NCBI GenBank assembly: GCA_036381595.1 | Contig: DASVCN010000024.1 | Span: forward strand, 50,324 to 114,323 | Length of the DNA: 64,000 bases | Direction of reading: 5' to 3' | DNA from: Trueperaceae bacterium | GTDB lineage: Bacteria; Deinococcota; Deinococci; Deinococcales; Trueperaceae | Shown: positions 38,568-49,002 of the stretch, one piece after another | Layout of the letters: the number at the start of each line of letters is the position of its first letter | Position numbering within the stretch: the stretch's first letter is position 1 | Position numbers and translations under genes: made by a program | Notes under the pieces: model-generated | The model's database searches: none | The model's input: only the letters and a program-made list of their open reading frames with translations | What the model was told of the DNA's origin: nothing

Positions 38568-40898
38568 TCAGGCAGTGCGTCGTACCGCGTCGGCAGACGA
38601 CGGGAGGGTGAAGTAGAAGGTAGCACCCTTCCCCTCCTCCCCTTCGCCCCACAGCTTTCCTCCGAGCCGTTCGAGTATGCGACGGCTGGTGGCTAGTCCT
38701 ATGCCGGTGCCGCCGAAGCTATCGGCGGGGTGCAGCCGCTGGAACGGTACGAACAGCTTGTTCGCGTACCTCATGTCGAATCCGGCGCCGTTGTCCCTCA
38801 CGAAGAAGATGCCATCTTCGTTGCGTCCTACCTCGATGAGGGCCCGCTCCTTCTCCCGGGTGAACTTCCAGGCGTTGCCGATGAGGTTCTCCAGGGCGAT
38901 GAGCAGCAGCCTGGCGTCGGCGCAAGCTGTGAGCCCCTCCTCCACCCGGACCTCCACGTTTCGCTCGGGCTCGGCGAGGCGCTGAGCCTCGATTGCAGTA
39001 TGCGCGAGGGCCGTCAGGTCGACCGTCTCGAGGATGAAGTCGATCCGCGAAATGCGCGAGAGGGCCAGCAGGTCGTCGATCAGCTCACCCATGCGTACTG
39101 CGCCGGCGTGGATGCGCTGGAGGTACTCGCGGGCCGTCCCGTCGAGTTCATCGGCGTAATCTTCGATCAGCGCCTGGCTGAAGCCGTTTATCCCCCTGAG
39201 CGGTGCCCGGAGGTCGTGGCTGGCGCTGTAGGTGAACGACTCCAGTTCGGTGATCGCCGACTGCAGCTCCTCGGTGCGCGCCTCGACTCGCTCCTCCAGT
39301 TCGGCGTTGAGGTCACGGGCTTGGGCGTAGAGGCGGGCGTTGTCGACCGCGATGCCGGCACGTTCGGCTACCTGCATCGCCAGGTCGAGGTCATCCTTGT
39401 CGTAGTGCCGCCCCGACTCGGCCTGAACGAGGGTGAGGACGCCCAGGGTCCGACCGCGGCTCGTCAGGGGAGCGGCGATCGCCGAGCTGAAGCCCATCTC
39501 CCGCAACATCTGCAAGTGCGCCTCGTCGCGAGCGAACGTCGTGAGGAACTCGTCAGGGACGTGTTCCAACAGGATGGGTTCGCCACTTCGCACTACCCGG
39601 TATGGCCCGGAACCGGAATCGGCCTGCGGCGGGTATCGGCGCCGCAGGTTCTCGGCGAACTCGATCTTCTCCCGGTCGCTGTGCACCAGCGCAACCCGCT
39701 CGAGTCGGTCCCCCTCCTCGACCACGTCGATGGCGCACCAGTCGGCCATCCGGGGCACGACCAGGTGGGCGAGACGGTCGAGGGTCTCCTCGTAGCTCAG
39801 GGTCTCCGAGAGGATCCGACCTGCTTCGGCCAGGAACTTCAGTCGATCGGCATACCCCTCCGCGCTGCGCCTGGCGGCCTGTTCGAGGTCGAGGAGCCTC
39901 TGCCGCTCGGCTTCCGCCTCCACCAGGGGCGTCACCTCGTACGCGGCCCCGAGCGCCATCCGCTTGCCGTTCGGAAGCGTCATGCTCTTACCGGAGCCAA
40001 CGAGCCAGCGCAGAGTTCCGTCGGGCAGTATCACGCGATACGGTTGCCCGCTGTAGTTCTCGAGTTCGTCCCAGCCCAGCGACACCCTCTCTCGATCTTC
40101 GGGGTGAACCACTTCCAGGAAGGTATTGGCGGTCATCTCGGCGTCGGGCGGCAGGCCGAAGAGTCTCTTCATCTGCGGCGACCAGTCGACCTCACCGCTA
40201 TCCGGATCCCAACTCCAGAGGCCGATCTTGGCGGCGTCCGTAGCGAGCTGCAGTCTCGACTCGAGCCGCTGCCTCTCGGCAACCTCGTTCCGCAACTCCC
40301 GCTCCCGGGCCGAGCTGCGCTCGAGGGCGTCCTGCAGCGTGATGGCGAAGCGGTCGAGGAAGAGGACGAGGAGCCCCACGATGAGGCCGAAGAGGACTAC
40401 CGCGCCGATGGGCCCTATCTCCTGTAGGCCGGCTGTGGGGACCGGAACCCCCGACCGGTAGAGCGCCACCACCGCAGCCGGCAGGGCGATGCAGATAGCG
40501 GAGACGATGTAGAGCGGGATCCTCCCCAGGATCAAGCCGGTGAGCGCGATCGGCGCGATGAGGATCAGCAGAGCGGCTTCGTTCTCGGCGATCCCGTAGC
40601 GGAGCCGGTTGGCCGCGGTGATTATGAGGATGAGGGAGCAGAGCCACACGACCGAAGCGAGGTGGCCGCGGTTGAGGAGCCAGAGGCCGAGGATCAGCGA
40701 CACGGCGATCACCAGGTCGGGGAGTACGCCGTACAGGGAGAGGGCCGATCGCCCCTCGAGGATGATGCTCGCCACTGTGGCGACGGCGACGATGCCCAGC
40801 AGGCCGATCAGCAGCGACCGCAAGAGGCCGGCCCGACCGATGCGGACCTCGGATACTTCCGTTGGCGCTTCTCGACTCAACGACCGCTCCTCGATCAC
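38568..40898 (-). CDS. sensor histidine kinase (multi-TM sensor, PAS, GAF, HisKA, HATPase_c)
   Basis: About 6 N-terminal TM helices, PAS-like WSWDPDSGEVDWS, a GAF-like region, H-box SASHDLRAPL, N-box NAWKF and G-box DNGAGF..GTGIGLA. No response regulator nearby. Confidence 0.88.
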   Translation of the reverse strand: MIEERSLSREAPTEVSEVRIGRAGLLRSLLIGLLGIVAVATVASIILEGRSALSLYGVLPDLVIAVSLILGLWLLNRGHLASVVWLCSLILIITAANRLRYGIAENEAALLILIAPIALTGLILGRIPLYIVSAICIALPAAVVALYRSGVPVPTAGLQEIGPIGAVVLFGLIVGLLVLFLDRFAITLQDALERSSARERELRNEVAERQRLESRLQLATDAAKIGLWSWDPDSGEVDWSPQMKRLFGLPPDAEMTANTFLEVVHPEDRERVSLGWDELENYSGQPYRVILPDGTLRWLVGSGKSMTLPNGKRMALGAAYEVTPLVEAEAERQRLLDLEQAARRSAEGYADRLKFLAEAGRILSETLSYEETLDRLAHLVVPRMADWCAIDVVEEGDRLERVALVHSDREKIEFAENLRRRYPPQADSGSGPYRVVRSGEPILLEHVPDEFLTTFARDEAHLQMLREMGFSSAIAAPLTSRGRTLGVLTLVQAESGRHYDKDDLDLAMQVAERAGIAVDNARLYAQARDLNAELEERVEARTEELQSAITELESFTYSASHDLRAPLRGINGFSQALIEDYADELDGTAREYLQRIHAGAVRMGELIDDLLALSRISRIDFILETVDLTALAHTAIEAQRLAEPERNVEVRVEEGLTACADARLLLIALENLIGNAWKFTREKERALIEVGRNEDGIFFVRDNGAGFDMRYANKLFVPFQRLHPADSFGGTGIGLATSRRILERLGGKLWGEGEEGKGATFYFTLPSSADAVRRTA

Positions 40899-40905
40899 CC
40901 GCTGG

Positions 40906-40911
40906 AGAATG
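40906..40911 (-). promoter_or_regulatory. -10-like CATTCT, 7 nt before histidine-kinase GTG 40898
   Basis: Minus strand: ttgCATTCTccagcggGTG. Confidence 0.3.
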
Positions 40912-41024
40912 CAACAGCGGCATTGGCAAGAGATGAGAATGCCGACCCTGCCGCCAAGGATAACCCGGCCGCGAGCCGCGCTCCGTTGGCTTCTCGGCCG
41001 ACAGGCTGGACGGTCGCCGGCCGA

Positions 41025-41030
41025 TAGAGT
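41025..41030 (+). promoter_or_regulatory. -10 box TAGAGT upstream of the frnE-like gene
   Basis: cgaTAGAGTcgg, 68 nt before ATG 41099. Confidence 0.35.
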
Positions 41031-41098
41031 CGGTCGTGGCCCCTTCCCGGTAGATAGTCGCTTCGAGGGGTCGAGAGGATCGGAGTCAGAGGTTTTCG

Positions 41099-41767
41099 AT
41101 GAGAGTAGAGATCTGGACCGACATCATCTGTCCGTGGTGTTACCTGGGCAAGCGGCGCATGGAGACGGCCCTGTCGCGCTTCCCCCATGCCGAGCAGGTC
41201 GAGTTGATGGGCCGGAGTTTCGAGCTCGACCCCGGCGCCCCGCGGCGGTACGAAGTGAGCCTCGACGAGATGTTGGCTGGGAAGTACGGCGTGGGCCTCG
41301 AGAGGGCTCGGGCGATGAACGAGCAGGTCACCGAGCTGGCGAAGGGCGAGGGCCTCGAGTACAGGCTCGACGTGGCCCGACCCGGCAACACCTTCGACGC
41401 GCATCGCCTGCTCCATCTTGCCGAAGGGCTGGGACGCCGGTCGGAACTGGAGGAGCGTTTCATGCGCGGTTACTTCAGCGAAGGCAAGGCGATCGGCGAC
41501 CACGAGGTACTGGCCGGCATGGCCAAGGAGGTTGGCCTGGACGAGTCGGCGGTGCGTGAGGTACTCGCAGGCGAGGCCTTCGCGAACGCGGTTCGTGCCG
41601 ACGAGTCCCGGGCGCGGCGGCTGGGTGCGAACGGGGTGCCGTTCTTCGTGGTCGACGGACGGTACGGCGTCTCCGGGGCGCAGCCCAGCGACCTGCTCCT
41701 CGAACTGCTTCAGAAGGCATGGGCCACGCGAGACATGCAGACCGCGCGGTCGGCGGGGGCGGATTAG
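41099..41767 (+). CDS. DsbA-family thiol:disulfide oxidoreductase, FrnE-like
   Basis: IWTDIICPWCYLGKRR (CPWC), GVPFFVVDG. Confidence 0.82.
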   Translation: MRVEIWTDIICPWCYLGKRRMETALSRFPHAEQVELMGRSFELDPGAPRRYEVSLDEMLAGKYGVGLERARAMNEQVTELAKGEGLEYRLDVARPGNTFDAHRLLHLAEGLGRRSELEERFMRGYFSEGKAIGDHEVLAGMAKEVGLDESAVREVLAGEAFANAVRADESRARRLGANGVPFFVVDGRYGVSGAQPSDLLLELLQKAWATRDMQTARSAGAD

Positions 41768-42774
41768 TCGATCGAGTTCCCCTCGAGGGTGGCGGCGATC
41801 CGCCGGAGCAGCTGTCGCAAGGTGGAGAGCTGATCGGCGCCCAGTTCAGCGACGGCGCCCGGCTCGTAGACGCCCACGTTGGTCGTGGCGATCCTGGTGA
41901 CTAGCTCGAGGCACGATCGGGCGCTCCACCGGCGGTAAACGACGTCGCTAGCGGCCTTGTTCATCGCCGCCTCGGAGGTTTCGAAAACGAGGTACTCGTC
42001 CTCTCCGAGGCTCTCCCGCCGGACGTTCTCCACGACAGCGTAGTTGCCCGCCACCGACTCACACCGCTGTTCCGGCAGGTCTAGCCACCTCACAGCCACA
42101 CCGGCGCTGATCAAGTTCGTCTCCCGGTAGTCGTCGCCGGCGTAGTAGACACAGAGGGCGAAACCGTGGGCACAGGGTGGGACGGAGGAGGGCGGCAGTC
42201 CCGAACTGCTTACGGAGACGTCGAAAGCAGCCGGGTAGTGAACAGTCGACCGGTCCGTCGTGACCGCCTTCCACGGTTCGGTGACCCCCTCGGTCGTGTC
42301 GCCGCCTGTGGCAGCCCGGAACTCCGTGATCTGCCACGGTCCCTGCTCGCGTTCGACCCGGATGAGCACCGGCAGGGTAGTCGCGGCCTTGCCTTCACCG
42401 GCCGTCAGCTCAACGCTGGTGACGAACTCGATCTGGCCGTGGACGAGGAACTCCTCCTCATCCTCCAGAGTCACCTCGAGCACTTCGATACCTACGGGCC
42501 AGGGGCTGGAGGTAATGCGTCCCGGCGCCTCCCTGGGATCGGCGGTCCAGGCCGCGAGGAGCCGGTCGCTTACGTAGGGTCCGTAAAACTCCATCAGCTG
42601 ACGCTCCACGACATCCGTGGGGGCCAGCAGTGATACGTGCTCGAGTTGATCTCCGAAAACCGTTATCAGTTCTGTCGCCTGCCGGATCTGCAGCCGCAGG
42701 GTCGCCGGATCGACCTGCCCCGGGTTCTGCAAGCGAGTGGACAGGATGAGTGCGAGCAGGAGTATCGTCTTCAT
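41764..42774 (-). CDS. hypothetical exported protein (336 aa)
   Basis: Signal peptide MKTILLLALILS. TACTCT -10 lies 6 nt upstream of the ATG. No recognisable motif. Its 3' end overlaps the frnE-like 3' end by 4 nt. Confidence 0.6.
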   Translation of the reverse strand: MKTILLLALILSTRLQNPGQVDPATLRLQIRQATELITVFGDQLEHVSLLAPTDVVERQLMEFYGPYVSDRLLAAWTADPREAPGRITSSPWPVGIEVLEVTLEDEEEFLVHGQIEFVTSVELTAGEGKAATTLPVLIRVEREQGPWQITEFRAATGGDTTEGVTEPWKAVTTDRSTVHYPAAFDVSVSSSGLPPSSVPPCAHGFALCVYYAGDDYRETNLISAGVAVRWLDLPEQRCESVAGNYAVVENVRRESLGEDEYLVFETSEAAMNKAASDVVYRRWSARSCLELVTRIATTNVGVYEPGAVAELGADQLSTLRQLLRRIAATLEGNSID

Positions 42775-42780
42775 GTCCGC

Positions 42781-42786
42781 AGAGTA
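42781..42786 (-). promoter_or_regulatory. -10 box TACTCT, 6 nt before ATG 42774 (leaderless geometry)
   Basis: Minus strand: cacTACTCTgcggacATG. Confidence 0.4.
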
Positions 42787-42956
42787 GTGCTGACGCCGGG
42801 ACGTCCGATGGGAGGACGCTTAACCGGAAGTTGACGACTCGCCGCGCGTCACCGTCCGGGCCCGGTCGCTCATCGAAGGCCCCCGCAGCTTCCCGTAGCG
42901 GTGCCGTCACTCCGCTCCCGTTCTGACCGGGGACTCTACCGGTCCGGCTCGGTCCG

Positions 42957-43307
42957 CTACTGCCGCAGGATCTTCTCCATCTTCTTGCCCTTGGCCAGCT
43001 CGTCGATGAGCTTGTCGAGGTAACGGATCTCCCGCATCGTAGGCTCTTCGATCTCTTCGACCCGCACGCCGCAGACTACGCCCTTGATCAGTTCCCGCGC
43101 CGGGTTCATGCGGGGAGCCTGGGCGTAGAACGTCTCGAAATCCGTCCCCTTCTCCAGCTGCCCTTCGAACTCGTCTCGACTGTAGCCGGTGAGCCAGCAG
43201 ATGATCTCGTCGACCTCCTCCTTGGAGCGGCCCTTCCTCTCGGCCTTGGCGACGTAATGGGGGTAGACGCTCGCGACGCTCGTCGTGTAGATCCTATGTT
43301 TGGTCAT
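42957..43307 (-). CDS. DUF2200-family protein
   Basis: [42 protein letters not shown]... is recognised from memory as the conserved DUF2200 pattern. GGAAGGAG SD. Confidence 0.7.
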   Translation of the reverse strand: MTKHRIYTTSVASVYPHYVAKAERKGRSKEEVDEIICWLTGYSRDEFEGQLEKGTDFETFYAQAPRMNPARELIKGVVCGVRVEEIEEPTMREIRYLDKLIDELAKGKKMEKILRQ

Positions 43308-43410
43308 GGCACTCCTTCCGCCCAGGCTCGGGAGCCTCCGGCCGCATCATCGAGATTAGCGCGACTGCGAGGTGACGACCACTTCGACGCGGCAGGGAGC
43401 GCATGGATGG

Positions 43411-43439
43411 AGCATCCCGGGCGAGGGGCCCGGGATGCT
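43411..43439 (-). terminator. hairpin downstream of nrdJ
   Basis: AGCATCCCGGGC-GAGG-GCCCGGGATGCT (12-bp stem), 49 nt after the nrdJ stop. No clear T tract. Confidence 0.45.
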
Positions 43440-43487
43440 TGGTCATGGGAAGTCGTTTCGGTGCGGCTCGTGATCGTCAGCGGTCGC

Positions 43488-46400
43488 TCAACCGCATTTG
43501 CTGTAGCCGCAGCTCTCGCACTTGGCGCAGCCCTCTTCGAAGCGTAGCGGCGCGCCGCAGTCGGGGCAACCCTTGCCCTTCTGGAGCGTGTTCTCGACGC
43601 CGGCGGTCTCGAGGGCGACGGCGATGAGGTCGGCCTTGGAGGCAACCATCCGGCCCTGGTAGGAGCCGTACATCCCGCCGTTTATGCCGCGCAGAGTGTG
43701 GACGATCGCCTCGGCCGGGACCCCGTACTGCAGGGCGATGGAGACCATACGGCCGAGCGCCTCGGAGTCGGCGTTCGATTCGTCACCCGCCTTGCCGCTC
43801 ACGATGAACACCTCGGTGGGCAGGTCGTCCTGCTTGTTCACGGTGACGTAGAAGCCCCGCTTGTCGCCGTTGGGAAGAGTGAGCTTGACCTTGTCGGTGA
43901 AGCCGCTGACGCGCACCGGCCGGTCGAACAGCGGCTCACCGGGGAGTCTCGGTGCGGGATCCGGCACGGCGTTCGAAGGGACCTGCGCTCGAGGGGTCGG
44001 GGCCGGCTCGGCGACCGCCTGCATACTCTTCTCCACGTCTGCCTCCGCCTTCTTCTCGTCCTTCTTGGCGCTCGTCGAAAGCACCTGGAACTCGCGTGAT
44101 CCGTCGCGGTAGACGGTGATCCCCTTGCAACCGGTGTCGAATGCCAGCGTGTAGGCATCGTAGACGTCCTGCACCGTCGCCTGTTGCGGCAGGTTGATGG
44201 TCTTGGAGATGCTGTTCGCCACCCGCTGCTCGCCGCCGTCGAAGCTCCTCTGCACGACCCCCTGCATCCTCACGTGGTCGGCGGGGGCGATGTCGTGGGC
44301 GCACACCAGAACGGTACGAACGTCGTCGGGGATGAAGCCGAGACCCTGGACGCTGCCGTGGTTCGCCTGCACCGCCTCGACCACCTTCTCCCAGTCCCAG
44401 CCGTCGTCCTTGCGGTAGTCGGGGTGCGGTTCGTGGCGCTCGAGCAGTTCCTTGAAGAGTGGGGCGATGAGCGCGGCGTAAGAGTCACCGATCTTGCGGT
44501 AGATGAACGGCGCGAAGATCGGCTCGACGCCGGAGGAAACGCCCATGAGCATGGAGGTGGTTCCGGTTGGGGCAACCGTCAGGAGGGCAACGTTGCGGCG
44601 CGCCTTGCCAAGGTCGCTCTGCGGGAAGGCCGGAAAGACTCCGCGTTCTTCGGCCAGCTCTTCGCTGGCTCTGGTCGCGGCCTCCCGCAGTTCCTCGATC
44701 ATCCGAGTAACAGCGTCACGGCCTTCATCGTCGTCGTAGCGGTAACCCATCAGGATCAGGGCATCGGCGAGGCCCATGATCCCCAATCCGAGGCGCCGCA
44801 GGTAGTGACTCATCTCGCGGTTGTCCTGGAGGGCGAAGCGGTTCACCTCGAGGACGTTGTCGAGGAAGCGGATGCAGGTCTTCACGTCGTTGCGGAAAGT
44901 GCCGATGTCGAAGCCATCCATGCCCATCCCGCCACGTTTCACGTAGGCGGCGAGGTTGATGGCGCCCAGATCGCACGGTTCGCCGGGAAACAGGGGGATC
45001 TCGCCGCATTGATGTACTACCAGACCGTTGGCGACAATCGAGTGCGCAACGGGCTCGGTGGTGTCGTACACCGCTTCCAGGCCGTCGACGACGATCTCTT
45101 CGACCTTCGTTACGAAATGCTCGCTGTTGCTCGTTCGGCTCTTGGAGGCGATGAAGTCGAGAACCTTCTGCTGCTTCTTTTCGGTCAGGAAGCCGATCTT
45201 CTGCACGAACGTATCGCGATTCGCCTTGTCGATGATCAATTCGTATTGATCAGTAAAGGGGTAGTCGCGGCTGCCACCCTTGCCGTCCGGCATCGCCTTC
45301 ACACCTCCGGAACGACGGAGGTGGATGCTGCTAACGATCCCGAAATTGGAGAGCAGCAGCTGAACGTCGCCTAGCAGGCCACGGGAGGCGCTGGCGAGCC
45401 TGATGCTGCAGCTCTTCTTGTTCGCAGTGTGGTTCACCGTACCGTCGGCTGTGAAAAGGGCCTGAAGGAACCCGATGACGGCCTCCCGTGGCGCTCGGAA
45501 GATCGCTTGCGGAACGCGCTTCGAGGCGGCCTTGGCCGAATCAAGGCCGAGAGACGCGAGGTAACCGATGAGGACCCGGCCGAACTTCAGCTGCACGGAG
45601 CTCTCGTGGTGCTGCTCGCTACCGTTGAACCACTCATGGTACTGAGTAATGAAGTCGGTCAGCTCAACGTAATCCTCGTTCGCGAAGCTGATCCCGCACT
45701 TGTCGGCACTGACGAAGCCATCTCCTACCATGAAGCCCAGGAAGGTGCCGAGTTCCCTGCTCCACCTCGTCGGCATCCCGGCGAAGCGCTCTCTTATGTC
45801 CCTACGACCGGTCCTCGACTCGGCACCACCTCGGTTGTTACTGCCTGCCGTGGCGACCAGTTCGGCGTGCGCCTCGACCACCTCGAGGTCGAACTCGTAC
45901 TGATCGCTCCACATCCCTTCGCCGCTCTGAACGTAGAGGGTGTCGCCCGACTTCAAATGACGCAACTCGGTCCAGCCAGAGGGAGTGAGGAACTGATGGT
46001 TCGCGGTGGCTCGCACCTCGTACCCATGCTTGGTAACTAGCCGGTAGACCGGTTCCGAGTCCGAGGTCTTGAACACCGGCACGGCACCTCGCGGCGAGAC
46101 CCCCAGCTCGTCATGCAGTACTCGCCGGTCCGACGCCACGATCAGCTCGGCTTGCGACTCGTAAAGCTCGCCCAGAGTGAGAAGACCGCGGTGAGTAGCG
46201 ATACGCACGTCGGCCGGGAAGCAGGGATTCGTCGCCCTTATCTCCCCCAGCGCCTCGCGCATCGGGTTGTACTGGTTGATCCTGTCAATGTATATGAGGC
46301 CAGGCTCGCCGGTTTGCCAGGCGTGCTCGGCGATCTCCTTGAGCACACCCTGATGGCCCTCTGCGCGGGAGCGCTCCATGAACTCGTCGCTCACGAGAAC

Positions 46401-48704
46401 CGAGATGTTGAAGGTGCTGATGTCACCCTCGAGCCGCTCACGCTCGAGATCCTTGGCTGTGATGAAGTCGTGGATGTCGGGGTGTGTAATCGACATCGTC
46501 GCCATCCCAGCCCCACGACGGGTGTTGTGACTCACGAACCCGTTCGCCAGGTACGTCTTGTTTTCGTCTACCGACAGGTCGAGGGTGAGGCTGCGACCCG
46601 CTTCGGAGACGTCGACTACAGGCACGTAATACTCGTCGTAGGCGAACTCGGGCAAGCGCTCGGCGATCTGAGGGTCTGTTCGCAGACGGGTATAGGCGGT
46701 TGCCGTCAGGTTACGCTCGCCACGGATGTAACGGGACAGGGTCTTGCGCGCCTTAGTGTATTCCGACGGCCTACCCTTCACGCCCGCAGGCATGCTGGTG
46801 AGGATCTCGCCCAGCAGGGCCTCCGGATGAGGAAAGATCCACGACTTCTCGCGTGCTTCGTCGGGGATGTGCTCGCCGGCCGCTTCCAGTCTCGAACCGG
46901 GCAGAGCACCGATTCTCTCCATGAAGCGTTCGAGTCCCTTGGCGCTTACGACTCTGACCATATGGATGGAGTGCTTCGAGTACCGGTGCCGGTGAGGCGA
47001 GCCGCTCGTGGTTCGCCGCTTGCTGGGGATGCCGAGGCCGGCGAGCATGGTGGCCACATCCTCGGCCAATCCAGCCGATGCAGTCGAAAGGCTAGGCATT
47101 CCGTGGGCAAGCGTGCCGTCGGCTTCGAACAGGCCACGCAGGAAAGCTCCCACGACGGGACGAGGAGCCATCCTGATCGCCTTCGGCATCTGTAGCGTCC
47201 GGGCCTTACCCTTGTTCAGTCCGTTGGCTTCGAGCCAGGCGATGAGGTGGGCCGCCTTGGTCACGAATACCAGGCTCGCGTCGTTTTCCTTCTGCTCCAG
47301 CGACACGGTGAGGCCGAAGAGTTCCTCGAAGAGGCGCGGCGTCGCCTCCACCATCGGTGAGCCGTGCGAGACCGCGAAGCCAACGCGACCGTCACTCACG
47401 AAGCCGTCGCCCCAGAGGTAGCCGAGGAAGAAGGCCAGCCGCTCTCCCAGGATCTCGGGCATCCTGATGGGCGTGGCGTTGTGATGAGGGACGTCAACGG
47501 GTCTCAGCAAGACAGGAGCTCCGGTGTGCTGGTCGAGCACCTGGACTACGTGGTCGCCCGTCTGCAGATCCTCGAGCCGTACCCACTCCCTAGTCCCGTC
47601 CTCACGCACTACCTTGAGACGGTGGCGAGCGGTTCCGCGGATCGTCTGGCCATTCGCGAGCGTCACTCGGAGCGTAGGAGCGTTCCCGTTGTTGAACCCC
47701 TTCGGGCTTTCCTTCCACCCCTCGTCTGTCGCCACCTTCAGGTGGTGGTCCTGCCAGCCGTACTGGTGACCGTCGACCAGCTCGGATAGCCGAAGGGTGC
47801 CACGGCTCGTATTGACCAAGGTATCTGGATGAAGGCATCCCCCCTGCCTGATCGCCCTGAGCGTGGGAGCGAAGACATAACGCAGCGTCGCGATCGGTCC
47901 GGCGTAGTCCGCCCCGCCCAGGCTCGCCCAGTAGCCGAAGTTGTCGAAGACCTCGACGGCGAACGACGACGGTCCGCTCGAGGTACCGCCCGAACCGTTG
48001 ACCGGCGTGCCTTCAGGTCGTAACGCGCTCAGGTCGACGAGAACGTCTTCACCGGCGAGGAGGCTCTGGGCCGTCTCGCCCGCCTGGCCCCAGATGCTCT
48101 CCACCGAGTCACCCACCTGGGCGACCTTCACCCCGGCCGGCACCGCGTCGTAGTCGACGAAGGCGAGGTAACGGTAGCCGCGGGTCACGTACTTGCCGTG
48201 CACCAGGTCCATGAAGGTGCCGTCACGGACCTTCTCGTAGTCCGGGTGCTTGCCGGAGATGGTCAGGTAGAGCCGGCCCACCTTGCCGTCGAACGGCCTC
48301 TTGGGCGCGATCGGATCGAGACAGAGCCCGTTCCCCCCGCCCACCTTGGTCACGAGGGCGAGCTTGGTGGCGAGGCGCAGCACCCAGGGAGTCGAACCCT
48401 CCTCCTCCGGGCGGCCGTCCTGCACGAAGCAGTTGAGGACGTTACCGTGCTGGGTGGCGGCGCCGGCGAGGACGCGACCTCCGGGGCAGAAGCGCTTCGA
48501 AGCCATCAGATCGAAGAAGGCCAGCCGGTACGCTTCCCTGTCCGGCTCGCTCTCCGGCTGGGCGACCCAGCTGGCCACCCTGTCGAACATCCCCGCCAGA
48601 TCTTCGTCGCCCGGCTGAAAGTATTGCCGCTTGGCGATCGCGACCGCGTGGTCGTCGAACTTCGCAAGCAACTCGAGGTCGGTAGACGGCGATGACTTCC
48701 CCAC
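43488..48704 (-). CDS. nrdJ: adenosylcobalamin-dependent (class II) ribonucleoside-diphosphate/triphosphate reductase precursor containing two inteins
   Basis: Extein motifs: NVLNCFV, GG/TRRGAG, ATNP/CGEIPL (radical-Cys loop), APTGTTS and a C-terminal [16 protein letters not shown] tail. Start set to GTG 48704, 6 nt after GGGAGGG. The track ORF starts at TTG 48737. 1738 aa precursor and about 895 aa after removal of both inteins. Confidence 0.9.
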   Translation of the reverse strand: MGKSSPSTDLELLAKFDDHAVAIAKRQYFQPGDEDLAGMFDRVASWVAQPESEPDREAYRLAFFDLMASKRFCPGGRVLAGAATQHGNVLNCFVQDGRPEEEGSTPWVLRLATKLALVTKVGGGNGLCLDPIAPKRPFDGKVGRLYLTISGKHPDYEKVRDGTFMDLVHGKYVTRGYRYLAFVDYDAVPAGVKVAQVGDSVESIWGQAGETAQSLLAGEDVLVDLSALRPEGTPVNGSGGTSSGPSSFAVEVFDNFGYWASLGGADYAGPIATLRYVFAPTLRAIRQGGCLHPDTLVNTSRGTLRLSELVDGHQYGWQDHHLKVATDEGWKESPKGFNNGNAPTLRVTLANGQTIRGTARHRLKVVREDGTREWVRLEDLQTGDHVVQVLDQHTGAPVLLRPVDVPHHNATPIRMPEILGERLAFFLGYLWGDGFVSDGRVGFAVSHGSPMVEATPRLFEELFGLTVSLEQKENDASLVFVTKAAHLIAWLEANGLNKGKARTLQMPKAIRMAPRPVVGAFLRGLFEADGTLAHGMPSLSTASAGLAEDVATMLAGLGIPSKRRTTSGSPHRHRYSKHSIHMVRVVSAKGLERFMERIGALPGSRLEAAGEHIPDEAREKSWIFPHPEALLGEILTSMPAGVKGRPSEYTKARKTLSRYIRGERNLTATAYTRLRTDPQIAERLPEFAYDEYYVPVVDVSEAGRSLTLDLSVDENKTYLANGFVSHNTRRGAGMATMSITHPDIHDFITAKDLERERLEGDISTFNISVLVSDEFMERSRAEGHQGVLKEIAEHAWQTGEPGLIYIDRINQYNPMREALGEIRATNPCFPADVRIATHRGLLTLGELYESQAELIVASDRRVLHDELGVSPRGAVPVFKTSDSEPVYRLVTKHGYEVRATANHQFLTPSGWTELRHLKSGDTLYVQSGEGMWSDQYEFDLEVVEAHAELVATAGSNNRGGAESRTGRRDIRERFAGMPTRWSRELGTFLGFMVGDGFVSADKCGISFANEDYVELTDFITQYHEWFNGSEQHHESSVQLKFGRVLIGYLASLGLDSAKAASKRVPQAIFRAPREAVIGFLQALFTADGTVNHTANKKSCSIRLASASRGLLGDVQLLLSNFGIVSSIHLRRSGGVKAMPDGKGGSRDYPFTDQYELIIDKANRDTFVQKIGFLTEKKQQKVLDFIASKSRTSNSEHFVTKVEEIVVDGLEAVYDTTEPVAHSIVANGLVVHQCGEIPLFPGEPCDLGAINLAAYVKRGGMGMDGFDIGTFRNDVKTCIRFLDNVLEVNRFALQDNREMSHYLRRLGLGIMGLADALILMGYRYDDDEGRDAVTRMIEELREAATRASEELAEERGVFPAFPQSDLGKARRNVALLTVAPTGTTSMLMGVSSGVEPIFAPFIYRKIGDSYAALIAPLFKELLERHEPHPDYRKDDGWDWEKVVEAVQANHGSVQGLGFIPDDVRTVLVCAHDIAPADHVRMQGVVQRSFDGGEQRVANSISKTINLPQQATVQDVYDAYTLAFDTGCKGITVYRDGSREFQVLSTSAKKDEKKAEADVEKSMQAVAEPAPTPRAQVPSNAVPDPAPRLPGEPLFDRPVRVSGFTDKVKLTLPNGDKRGFYVTVNKQDDLPTEVFIVSGKAGDESNADSEALGRMVSIALQYGVPAEAIVHTLRGINGGMYGSYQGRMVASKADLIAVALETAGVENTLQKGKGCPDCGAPLRFEEGCAKCESCGYSKCG
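45009..46223 (-). mobile_element. intein 2 (405 aa) with LAGLIDADG homing-endonuclease domain, ending His-Gln
   Basis: N-extein ...IRATNP | [13 protein letters not shown] (block A), TANH (block B), [14 protein letters not shown] and [15 protein letters not shown] (LAGLIDADG x2), ...[11 protein letters not shown] | CGEIPL. Boundaries were read codon by codon from the DNA. Confidence 0.85.
46524..47837 (-). mobile_element. intein 1 (438 aa) with LAGLIDADG homing-endonuclease domain
   Basis: ...AIRQGG | [13 protein letters not shown] (block A), TARH (block B), [14 protein letters not shown] and [15 protein letters not shown], ...[10 protein letters not shown] | TRRGAGMA. Length 1314 nt, in frame. 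Confidence 0.88.
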
Positions 48705-48783
48705 GATGTTCCCTCCCGAACCGTCAGGAGCACGCAAAGGGCCGCTGGGGCCGGAACGTGCGTCTTGACCAATTGGTTAGTGA

Positions 48784-48789
48784 AGAGTA
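48784..48789 (-). promoter_or_regulatory. putative -10 (TACTCT) of nrdJ
   Basis: Same hexamer as the -10 of gene 41764..42774. Lies about 80 nt upstream of GTG 48704 in a low-GC island. Confidence 0.35.
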
Positions 48790-48806
48790 CCAGGAAGCTC
48801 ACGGGG

Positions 48807-48822
48807 ATACAAGATGTTGTGC
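48807..48822 (-). promoter_or_regulatory. NrdR-box-like palindrome 1 (ATACAAGATGTTGTGC)
   Basis: ACAA-4 nt-TTGT core. Matches 12 of 16 positions of the remembered NrdR consensus acaCwAtATaTwGtgt. Lies just upstream of the putative nrdJ -10. Confidence 0.5.
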
Positions 48823-48838
48823 CCTATCCGCGCAACCG

Positions 48839-48854
48839 CTACAACCGCTTGTAT
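48839..48854 (-). promoter_or_regulatory. NrdR-box-like palindrome 2 (CTACAACCGCTTGTAT)
   Basis: TACAA-4 nt-TTGTA. Its centre is 32 bp from the centre of box 1, about three helical turns, as is typical for tandem NrdR boxes. Confidence 0.45.
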
Positions 48855-49002
48855 CTTGGGATGAATACTCGCATGATACGTGCAGGACGCGCAGCGTGCC
48901 GCTCCCGGCCAGACAGCGGGGACAGGGAGTCAAGAAGGTCACTCGAAGCTCGCGTGGATTCGTTCGTCGTTCTCTAGTTCACCCGCCGCCGAGCAAGGCG
49001 GT

